Part shown: one piece after another, positions 11,018-20,000 of the stretch
Position numbering within the stretch: the stretch's first letter is position 1
Layout of the letters: the number at the start of each line of letters is the position of its first letter
DNA from: an uncultured virus (IMG/VR IMGVR_UViG_2061766007_000665)
Taxonomy: Duplodnaviria; Heunggongvirae; Uroviricota; Caudoviricetes
Direction: 5' to 3' (one strand)
DNA: 20,000 bases
Virus record (IMG/VR): IMGVR_UViG_2061766007_000665
Notes under the pieces: generated by a model
What the model saw: the letters and a program-made list of their open reading frames with translations, nothing else
Database searches by the model: none
Told to the model about the DNA's origin: nothing
Translations under genes and position numbers: made by a program

Positions 11018-12040
11018 ATGGCACTTGATCTAAAGAGTTTAAAACCGTCTACCGTTAGCAGAGATCTCCGTGGTAAGTTTGTATTCTTGTACGGAGCTCC
11101 TAAAATTGGTAAGACCACTTTAGCTAGTCAATTCCCCAAGGCTCTTATTCTTGGGTTTGAGCATGGCATTAATGCTCTCGATGACGTATACTTTGTTGAC
11201 GTTCCTACATGGGCTGAATTTAAAAAGTATCTTCGTCAGTTATCTGAAGAAGATGTAAAATCTCAGTTCAATACAATCGTAATTGATACCATTGGTCTTG
11301 CATATGAACGCTGCGAATCTTATATCTGCGATCGTGAAGGAGTAGATAAGATTGGAGACATCCCGTATGGCGCTGGTTATAAGATGGTCTCTAGCGAATT
11401 TGAAACGTGTATGCGCAAAATCACTCAAATCATGGGTGAAGACGGGCGCACGGCATATGGTCTTTGCTTCATTGGTCATGAAAAGGTTCGTGTAGAAACC
11501 GACGGACAGATTAGCGTTAAGCATATTACTCCAGATGTCCCTGATCGTTGCGCAAGTATTATTAACCGTATGGTTGATATTACGGCTTACATTGGAATGG
11601 AAAAGGGCGTTCGTTATATCTACCCTCGTCAGCTTGTGATCGAAGACGGATCTCAGAAAACCGAAATTTACGCTGGATCGCACTTTAGTGGGCTTAATTC
11701 GAAGATCTCGCTTAGTTATGAGGCTCTTGTTGATGCGATTGCCGATGCTATGACTGGTAATATTAAAAAGATTACCGATGCACCTGTTCAGGTTCAGGCC
11801 ACTCCAGAGCTTGATTTTAAAGCTATTCGTACTTCTATTGGCACTATTGCCAAAGCTTTTAAAAAGCTTGATGATACTGATGAGAATCTCCATTATATGG
11901 AGGCTTATAAAAATATTGTAGAGTCTTATCTTGGGAAAGGTAAACTCGTAAAGGATTGCACAGAAGCACAGGTTGATCATTTGAGTCTTATTCTCGAAGA
12001 TCTTCAAACCTTTGTTGATGAGNNNNNNNNNNNNNNNNNN
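11018..12040 (+). CDS. AAA_24 / Sak4-like P-loop ATPase (putative ssDNA-annealing recombinase); stop codon probably within gap 12023-12045, end approximate
   Basis: RBS GAGGTGA. Walker A YGAPKIGKTT, FEHG motif, Walker B IVIDT, plus DIPYGAGY and FIGHEK motifs. Confidence 0.8.
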
Positions 12041-12045
12041 NNNNN

Positions 12046-12089
12046 GGAGGATATTTCTGTTCTCCTTCCCCTACCCTTTCTGTTTTTTT
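12046..12089 (+). terminator. Probable intrinsic terminator after the SSB-ATPase pair (left arm partly in gap)
   Basis: GGAGGA...TTCTCC can pair. It is followed by the C-rich arm TTCCCCTACCC and the T-run TTTCTGTTTTTTT. Confidence 0.5.
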
Positions 12090-12105
12090 GTAAAAGGAGC
12101 TATAA

Positions 12106-12663
12106 GTGGCAAAAAGATTATTAAGCTTTACATGTGCTGAGTGTGGAGATGAGCTGCCTATTAGCGAGTGTGTTGTAGTATCAGGAAAAAGGTACTGTAA
12201 AAGATGTGCGCCGGTACGTCAATCAGAGTCTGACGCATACAAAAAAATTGGAGAGATTGTAGATCAAAAGCTAAACCATGACGAGGAAATGATTGGCTTT
12301 ACTTTGACGCAGATAAGTAAATTAAAAGCTGCGAATAAGTGGAAATTTACAGGAATTCTCAAGGCATTAGAATATGCATATGGTCCATTAAACGACTTCA
12401 AAGACCCGATAGAGAAGGGCTACTCAATTAGGTGGATTGCAGAATATTTTTATCCAATAGCTCGTCAGCAATGGGAAGATGAGCAGAGGATTAAAAAACT
12501 TCCGCAAAATATATTAAACCTAGCCTATCTAGACGCTAAAGATNNNNNNNNNNNNNNNNTTAAAAGAGAAGAGATTGATCGTGAACGTATTAAAACAAGA
12601 ATATATGGCCCGACAATTAATTTAGATGATCTAGATGATTCAGAACCGGTTGAGGAGGAATAG
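12106..12663 (+). CDS. Zn-finger protein (CxxC...CxxC) of unknown function; SPbeta YorH position
   Basis: RBS AAGGAG at 12094-12099 precedes GTG 12106. Contains CAECG-x15-YCKRC, a helical middle region and an acidic tail DDLDDSEPVEEE. Confidence 0.75.
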   Translation: MAKRLLSFTCAECGDELPISECVVVSGKRYCKRCAPVRQSESDAYKKIGEIVDQKLNHDEEMIGFTLTQISKLKAANKWKFTGILKALEYAYGPLNDFKDPIEKGYSIRWIAEYFYPIARQQWEDEQRIKKLPQNILNLAYLDAKDXXXXXXKREEIDRERIKTRIYGPTINLDDLDDSEPVEEE

Positions 12664-12666
12664 TTT

Positions 12667-14532
12667 ATGGAGTATATGTCCAAATTAGGCAAGAAGCCTG
12701 TTGACTTATCTCTTGAAGAATTTCAAGATAGAAACGCTACCCTACAGTTGTTTGGGTGTTTTATGAGAGAACCAGAATTACTGGCAGGTGCAAACTTAAC
12801 TCAAGNNNNNNNNNNNNNNNNAGCAAATTGTTTTTACTGCAATTTATAATCTAATTAGAGACGAAGATGCTAGAGTGTTAGACCCGGATGCTGTTGACGA
12901 ATATCTTAGCAGGCGTCCTGCCAAGCATGAGTTTTTTGTAGATAAGGGAGGATATAAATATTTATGTGACGCATATGATCTCGGTAATTCTGCAAATTTC
13001 GATAGATGTATTACTATAGTTAAAAAATGGTCTATGTTACGCATTTTATATCAAAAGGGCTTTGATATTAGTTATTATTATAGTCCCGGTGGCATTAATG
13101 GTGATGCAGAGCTTGCCTTGGATCATTTTGAAAAAGCGTCTCTTGAAGATATAGCTGTTCATTATCAAACTGTATTATTTACAGCTACTAGTAGATTTAC
13201 TGATAATGTTGAATCAGAAGTGTTTGCGGCAGGGGGNNNNNNNNNNNNNNNNNNNNNNNNNNNNNNNNNNNNNNNNTGAATTATGCTAGCCAGTTGTTAA
13301 ACACGGTGACTTACGGCATAAAGAAGTCCAAATATAGTGTTACTACCGCTGGTACTGGTACTGGAAAAACACGTATGACAATAGCCAATATGTGTAGATC
13401 GTTTGCCCCCGAATACTGGGATCTGAATACAAAGAAGTGGGTTAAAAACTCATTAAGGGCACAACACGGAGCTTGTCTTTATATAGGCACAGAAATGGAT
13501 ATTCATACCGAAATTTTCCCTCTGCTCACAGCTTACATAGCCGGAGTTAACTCTTCACATATATTTACTGGAGATTATGATGACGGAGAAGAAGAGCGCG
13601 TATTTAAAGCAAACGATATTATTACAGACGCTCTTAACGATAAAACTGGTGGATTTTTCTTACTAAATCTTCCGAACTATAATTATACAGCATTAGAGCA
13701 GCACATTAAAAACTTTTATATCAATCATAATGTGTCGACTGTTTTTCTCGACTATCTTCATGTAACAGAAAACTTAATGCTTGAATACAGATCTGTTGCT
13801 GGTAACGCATATCAAAGAGATGATCAGCTTCTTCTTTGGGCCAGTTCAAAACTTAAGGATTTGGCTGGTAGATTAAATATCAGTATAGATACTTGGACTC
13901 AAGCAAACAGAGCCATTCGTGAGGGAGAGATTAAAGACGAAAGAGCGGTTCGTGGATCAATTAGCATTATTGATAAAGTTGATATTGGCGCAATAATGAC
14001 CACCCCTACTCCACAAGAACTTAAAAAAATAGAGCCAATTTATACAAGTAACGGCATTGCAAAAGAACCTCCGAATAGAGTTATAACTATTTATAAGAAC
14101 CGTGGAGGAGCCTTAAACGATGTAATGATTTGGCTTAATTTCGATCTTGGGACTATGCGCGTCCATGATGGATTTGTTACTAATAGAGATTATGTTCCTT
14201 TAGATGTCGTTGGTACGAATATTTGTACAGACGTGGAGGGCAAAACAACCGCACTCACAAAAAACAATATTGATAAGGAATATGCTTCTGGCAACATTGA
14301 CAGCGATGTATATAATGCAAACAGATCTCTTAGAAATGCTCCAAAAGCAAATTTAACGAAAGAGAGCGAAATTGCAAAAAAGGCTGCCGAAGCAGCAACT
14401 AGCATGACAACAGAAGACGCTAAAACCCAAGTGACAGCCGAGTCTGAAGAAACAATGAAACGTATCCAGGAATCTTTAACTCAGCCTTTTATAATAAATC
14501 CTCCAGCATCAGAAGAAATACCTGAAGCATAA
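12667..14532 (+). CDS. dnaB: Replicative DNA helicase, DnaB/SF4-like; spans two gaps
   Basis: N-terminal QLFGCFMREPELL. Walker A AGTGTGKT, YIGTEM (catalytic Glu), Walker B VFLDYL, TQANR, RGSISIIDKVD and Arg finger KNRGG. Confidence 0.88.
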
Positions 14533-15671
14533 TGAATATCAAAGAGCTTACTGAAAAACTTGATAGCAATGCAGTTATAGATATACTGGACGACCTTGGT
14601 TCTCCATGTTATGGTCGAGGTACAACTACTGATGGACAAGAGTATTTAACATTTAAGACCATATGCCATGGTGGAGATTCTGAGGGTAAATTATATTGGT
14701 ATGAGAATACAAAGATGTTCCATTGCTATACTTGCTGTGGATCGATGAGCGTTTTTGATCTTGTTAAAAAGGTTAAAGGCTACAAGTCTTTTAGTCAATG
14801 TCTGTCGTATGTGGCAAACAAACTTGGCGTGTCAATTGGCTCTTCAAGAGAAGGTCTCGGGAAGGTTCAAATGACACCCCAAGAGCGTGCCGCAGCTGCA
14901 AGAATGGAGCTTCGTAGAGAGCGCCTAGAGCGCCTCAATAAAACTACTCCATCTATCACAAAGTTTTATGATCCAAAATTTTTAAAGATTTTTGATTATG
15001 ACGCGTTTTATCAAGGATGGATTGATGAAGGCATTAGCATAGAATCAATGAGGAAATTTTTAATTAGCTTTTATTGGACAGAAGGGTATATTATTATCCC
15101 TCATTTTGATGTTAATGGCAATTTAGTTGGGATTAGGCGTAGAAGCTTAAATCCAGATGACGCCAAAAATAAATATATGCCGGCTATTATAGGAGACATG
15201 TCTTTTGAACATCCCCTTGGATTAAATCTTTATGGCCTTAGAGAAAATGTTGAAGCAATTAAGAAATATAAAACAGCTTATATAGTAGAAGGAGAAAAAT
15301 CCGTTCTTAAGTCAGACACATATTTTGGTGACAGTAGTCTGGCCGTGGCTACATGTGGGTTTAATATTTCTGAATGGCAAATTAAAACATTAAGCAATCT
15401 TGGTGTAAATAGATTATATCTATGCTTTGATAAAGATTTTGATCCAAGCCCAAACGTGGCCAATTTATACTTAAAAGGGCCCGAATTGGTTAAGCGTCAA
15501 TATGAGCACTATATGGATAGATTAAATAATTTGGCAAAACGCACTTCTACTGCGTTTAATGTATATGTAGTGAAAGACTTAAATAATAAATTAGATATAA
15601 AAGATTCGCCTTTTGATAAAGGAAAAGAAGTTTTTGAAGAATTAAGAGACGAAGCTAAATTGTTTGTTTAA
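14532..15671 (+). CDS. dnaG: DNA primase (CHC2-type Zn-binding domain plus TOPRIM), 379 aa
   Basis: ICHGG...FHCYTCCG Zn site, IIIPHFD..GNLVGIRRR, NLYGL, and TOPRIM motifs VEGEKS and CFDKD. Start overlaps the helicase stop (TAATG). Confidence 0.9.
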   Translation: MNIKELTEKLDSNAVIDILDDLGSPCYGRGTTTDGQEYLTFKTICHGGDSEGKLYWYENTKMFHCYTCCGSMSVFDLVKKVKGYKSFSQCLSYVANKLGVSIGSSREGLGKVQMTPQERAAAARMELRRERLERLNKTTPSITKFYDPKFLKIFDYDAFYQGWIDEGISIESMRKFLISFYWTEGYIIIPHFDVNGNLVGIRRRSLNPDDAKNKYMPAIIGDMSFEHPLGLNLYGLRENVEAIKKYKTAYIVEGEKSVLKSDTYFGDSSLAVATCGFNISEWQIKTLSNLGVNRLYLCFDKDFDPSPNVANLYLKGPELVKRQYEHYMDRLNNLAKRTSTAFNVYVVKDLNNKLDIKDSPFDKGKEVFEELRDEAKLFV

Positions 15672-15699
15672 AGAATAAATTTCCGGATGGGGATACTAG

Positions 15700-17551
15700 A
15701 TGAATAATAATGATAAATTGGTTTGGAAAGTTAAGCATAAAGGCAATTTTGCTTATGAGAATGATTTTCTTGAAACCATATTAATAGACAACGGAGTACC
15801 TGAGGATCAAATAGAAGGGTTTTTACACCCAACCTCAAAATACGTAAATGATCCGTTTTTAATGAAAAATATGAAAGAGGCTATAAGTTTAGTGCATAGA
15901 CATGTTATGCATAATAGCAATATTTTTGTTAAAGTGGATCCAGACTGTGATGGATATTGTAGTGCAGCAATCATTATACAGTTTTTACAAGAGTTAAATC
16001 CGTCACTTAAAATTGATTATGCTACAAGCTATGAGAAGAGGCATGGATTAACATATAAAGATGTTGAAGGATTTACTTCAAGTCAGTATCAATTATTTAT
16101 TGTGCCAGACGCTTCTCTTACAACAAAGGACGCCATAAATATAGCCAGAAACTTTACTGGTGATGTACTTGTGTTAGATCACCATTTAATTGAAGATGGC
16201 GAAGATAGTTATATTAATTATTGTACATCTATAAATTGTACTGATGGCCAATATCCAAATCCTAATTTATCTGGTGCCGGCGTTGTTCAAAAATTTATTG
16301 AAGGATACGTGGACACCTACGGTGAAGACATTACTTTAAAAGATAAATATCTTGATTTGGTTTCTTTAGCAATTAATGCTGATAGTATGGACTTACGCTC
16401 GCTTGAAAGCAGATATTATGTTATTCAAGGTATGAAAGAGAGCTATTGGAACAACGAGTTTTTAAACGAATTGGTAGAACGCAATAAAGAAGATATGAAA
16501 TATGGAAGATATATCATATCTATGGGGTGGCAAATTGCTCCTAAAATTAACGGCGTAATTCGTTATGGCTCAGAACAAGAACAGCTTGACACTTTTCGTG
16601 CGATGGTTGGCGTTCAGGAAGATAGAGAGTATCAGCCAAGACGTAAGCATAAAGACGATCCTCTTCCTCCAAAAGAGATTCACAGTCTTCAAAAAACTAT
16701 GGCAAGAGTTTGCGAAAATGTAAAGCAGCGTCAAGATAGCGAAGTAAGAAAATTCGTAAATGAATTAGAAAAACAAATTCAAGAGCATGAGCTTGATAAA
16801 AACAGCGTAATTTTTGTTGATGGAACTAAGGTTTTAACAAAAGGTACTGTAACTGGATTATGCTCAAACAAACTTAGTTCAAAATATTTCAGACCAGTTG
16901 TGTTAATGAGAAGTAAAGATGCCACCTCATATGGTGGGTCTATGCGTGGCTATGCAAATAGTCCAATTGAAAACACTAAAGAGTTTCTTGAAAAAGCTGG
17001 TGTGATTTGTTCTGGGCATGCTGAAGCCGCTGGCATACAATTTCCAAAAGCAGAATTACAAAACATTATTAATAAATGTAATGAAATGATGCCTGTTGAT
17101 CAATTGTGTACAATTCATCAGGTAGACTGGGAAATTTTGGGCACTCAGCTTAAAAAAGAGTATGTACNNNNNNNNNNNNNNNNNNAGCACGGTTCCAGAG
17201 CCCTTGTTTGCGATTAAAGACATTGAGATTACTGCGGACAAAATTATGGCTTATGGAGAAAATGCTAATTTTATTCGTTTTGTATATAATGGTATTCCTT
17301 TCATTAAAAAGTATTGTAAACACGATGAATTTGAGAATATGACTCATCGTACAAGGTATATGATCGGTGTTAATAATGCTCCATTGCGTCTTAACATAAT
17401 TGGTCAATTTATATTAAATACATTTGATGATAAAGTGATACCTGAAATTAAGATAATAGCGTTTGACTCTGAGGTAACTGGAGAGCCCACTCCAGTTAAA
17501 GCTCAGACAGAAAAAACGCCAAAGCTGACAACAGAAGAATTTGATTGGTGA
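15700..17551 (+). CDS. recJ: RecJ-like ssDNA exonuclease (DHH/DHHA1); spans gap 17168-17185
   Basis: DPFLMKNM, DPDCDG, LDHH, LSGAGV, APKIN, GGSMRG, GHAEAAG and VPEPLF. Ends EEFDW-TGA. Confidence 0.92.
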
Positions 17552-17607
17552 AAANNNNNNNNNNNNNNNNNNNNNNNNNNNNNNNNNNNNNNNNNNNNNN
17601 NNNNNNN

Positions 17608-17652
17608 TTTTTTATATGTTATAATAGGCTTGAAAATAAGATAAATGGAGGT
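17608..17652 (+). promoter_or_regulatory. Extended -10 promoter (TGtTATAAT) and RBS for dnaE
   Basis: TG at 17617-17618, TATAAT at 17620-17625, and GGAGGT at 17647-17652. The -35 position falls mostly in the N gap. Confidence 0.65.
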
Positions 17653-17656
17653 TTAG

Positions 17657-20000
17657 ATGTTTCTTAGCTTACATAACCATACAGATCACTCTAACTATCG
17701 TTTGCTTGATAGCATGAACACGNNNNNNNNNNNNNGAGATTGGTTTGGGTGGAGTAGCGATTACAGATCATGACACTGTGGGCGCTCATGGAGAGGCCCT
17801 CCATTTAATCAAGGATTTACGTAAAGCCGATCCTACGTGGGAAAACTTTAAATTAATTCTTGGTAATGAAATTTATTTGTGCTCTCGCGAAGATATAGTT
17901 AATCATAACTATGTTTTCCCGCACTTCATTTTGCTTGCCAAAAACGTAAATGGTCATAAGGCAATTAGAGAATTAAGCACCAGGGCTTGGTGTGAAAATT
18001 CTTTTACTTATGTCAATCTTCGTGTCCCTACTTATTACGAAGATTTGTTTGATGTAATGAAGAGTTATAAAGGAGATGTCATTGCTTCTACAGCTTGTAT
18101 TGGCGGATATCTTCCTAAGATGATTCTTAATGCTGTTGAGCAAAACAAAGACAATCCGGACCTGCAAGTTTGCAAGCAATGGATTAAAAAAATGGTTGAT
18201 ATATTTGGCGATGGCAACTTTTATCTTGAGCTTCAACCTTCTATTCAACCAGAACAAGAAGTCGTAAATAAATATCTCCTTATTCTTTCCAAAGAAATGA
18301 ACGTCCCGTATATTATTACTACAGATGCTCATTATCTCAAAAAAGACGATAGAAAAATTCACGAAGCGTTTTTAAACTCTCAAGAAGCCGATCGTGAGGT
18401 TGGCGATTTTTACGCCACAACCTACCTTATGTCTGAAGAAGAAATACATTCTTATTTAGACAGCACAATTGGAAAAGATGCAGTAGAAAAGGCATTTGCC
18501 AACACAGTTAAAATTGGCGAAGCTATTGAGGATTATACACTTGATAAGCCGTTAAATATTCCANNNNNNNNNNNNNNNNNNNNNNNNNNNNNNNNGTGGA
18601 ACTTTATAATAAATATAAAGGATATATTCCTCTGCTTGAATATTTTTACACATCAAAATATGATAGTGATCGGCATCTTGTGCGCGAAATTGTTAATAAA
18701 ATTCATGATTGCCCTAATGAATTTGAAAATGTAGAAGCATATGATGCAATTAACACTTGTCTTAATTCTATAAAAGTATCTTCTGAAAAACAAAATACTT
18801 CGTGGTCCGCGTATCTTCTTCAGACAAAAGAACTTATCAATATTTGCTGGGAATCTAATTCTTTAGTCGGATGTAGCCGTGGTTCTGGTTGCGGCTTCGT
18901 ACTTCTTTATATGTTGGGAATTACGCAAGTTAATCCGCTTAGAGAAGAAGTCAAAACATTCCATTGGCGTTTTCTTAATCCTGAACGTGTGTCTCCTTTA
19001 GATATTGACGTTGATGTCCAAGGTCCTCTACGTGACGTTATAGTTAAAAATCTTCAAGCTCGTTATGGAGGATATAGGCATGTAACAAAAGTTCAGACAA
19101 TACTAAAAGCCAAATCTAAAAACGCGATTCAGATCGCCTGTCGTGGTCTTGGATATACCCCTGAAGAAGGAACGTTTTTGGGTTCCTTTATTAAGGCTGA
19201 ACGTGGTATTCAATACACCCTTCATCAAACCTTTTATGGTGATGAAGATAACAACATATCTCCGGATACAGAGTTTGTAAATTTAATGACAAATAAGTAT
19301 CCTGATGTATGGGAAATTGCTCAAAGAATTGAGGGGCTTTGTGTAGGTACTGGCCAACATGCTGGTGGTGTTATTCTGTGCAAAGAGGATCTTGTTGACA
19401 ATGTCGCTTTAATGAAAACCAAATCTGGCGATATTACCACTCAGTTTGACCTACATCAGTCAGAAGCCATGTCTCTAATTAAGTGGGATATTCTTGGCAT
19501 TGATGCCCTCGAAAAGATTCGCAACGAGCTTGAGCTTCTTTTGGAAGATAAGCGTATTGAGTGGCAGGGATCATTAAAAGCCACGTATGAAAAATATCTT
19601 GGCGTTTATAATATTGAACGTGACAATCCGGCCATTTGGGATATGATAGATAACCATGAAATCATTTCTTTGTTCCAGATGGAAAAATCTACGGGGTGGG
19701 CCTGTATTGAAGCTGGTAAACCTCGTAGTTTACAAGAAATGTCTGCTCTTAATTCTGTTATGAGGCTTATGCCTCCTGATCCCAATTCGGNNNNNNNNNN
19801 NNNNNNNNNNNNNNNNNNNNNNNNNNNNNNNNNNNNNNNNNNNNNNNNNNNNNNNNNNNNNNNNNNNNNNNNNNNNNNNNNNNNNNNNNNNNNNTGCCTA
19901 ATCAGGAAGACTTTATGCAGATAGTCCAAGATCCAGAGATTGGCGGTTTTGACCTTTTGTGGGCCGACAGGCTTAGAAAGTCCATTGCAAAAAAGAGCCC
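17657..20000 (+). CDS. dnaE: DNA polymerase III alpha subunit (DnaE-type family C), 3'-truncated; spans three gaps
   Basis: ATG 17657 gives MFLSLHNHTDHSNYRLLDS. PHP motifs AITDHD, GNEIY, HFILLAKN, STACIGG, FYLELQP and TTDAHY. Polymerase motifs GCSRGSG, RFLNPER..PLDIDVD, GQHAGGV, KWDILG and LFQME. Confidence 0.95.

Larger units (their letters stand above)
1..20000 (+). mobile_element. Large tailed phage/prophage genome segment (tail module followed by replication module)
   Basis: All credible genes are co-oriented and tightly packed. Tail-type genes lie next to a phage-style SSB/Sak4/helicase/primase/RecJ/DnaE cluster, and there is no host housekeeping context. Confidence 0.92.

Noticed and set aside
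10126..12007. Long antisense ORFs 10126-10959 and 11240-12007
   Set aside because: They are in register with the sense codons and are explained by avoidance of TTA/CTA/TCA. The translations have no protein-like motifs.
12046..12124. ORF-track C-terminus of the ATPase (EDISVLLPLPFLFF...) overlapping the next gene
   Set aside because: It is read-through across the gap into terminator-like and RBS sequence. The real stop is probably inside the gap.
3465..19929. Remaining short minus-strand ORFs (61-129 aa)
   Set aside because: All lie opposite well-supported plus-strand genes and lack recognisable motifs.
1..20000. Apparent frameshifts and fragmented genes (pseudogenes, programmed frameshifts, stop-codon recoding)
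   Set aside because: The frame changes I traced all coincide with N runs of unreliable length. Sequence between gaps is open in the standard code, and TAA, TAG and TGA all end genes normally.
12667..20000. Inteins or group I introns in helicase, primase, RecJ or DnaE
   Set aside because: Motif spacing is normal and no splicing or homing endonuclease motifs are visible. The DnaE C-terminal part lies outside the window and cannot be assessed.

Overview
AT-rich, entirely plus-strand, gene-dense segment of a large tailed bacteriophage (or prophage), most likely infecting a low-GC Firmicute (sigmaA-type extended -10 promoters, GGAGG-type RBSs). It is interrupted by many short N gaps whose lengths are not frame-true, so most ORF-track fragments join into longer genes. 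Positions 1-9820 are a virion tail module: 3' part of a tape-measure-like gene, a ~4.3 kb Tyr/Asn/Thr-rich tail/adhesin-like gene, a Dit-like gene, a baseplate hub/Tal-like gene and a small OB-fold spike-like gene. Two duplicated promoters follow (9832-9986), then a replication module: SSB-like protein, Sak4/AAA_24-like ATPase, Zn-finger protein, DnaB-like helicase, DnaG-like primase, RecJ-like DHH exonuclease and DnaE (Pol III alpha, runs off the window). From memory, this order parallels Bacillus phage SPbeta yorF-yorL. I found no CRISPR, tRNA, intein, intron, recoding or DGR signal. I cannot support a wholly new system. The best leads are the twin promoters with a 5' GAAA-tetraloop leader, the separately expressed and codon-biased SSB+Sak4 unit with a probable tandem-OB SSB, the orphan Zn-finger gene and the atypical tail gene order.
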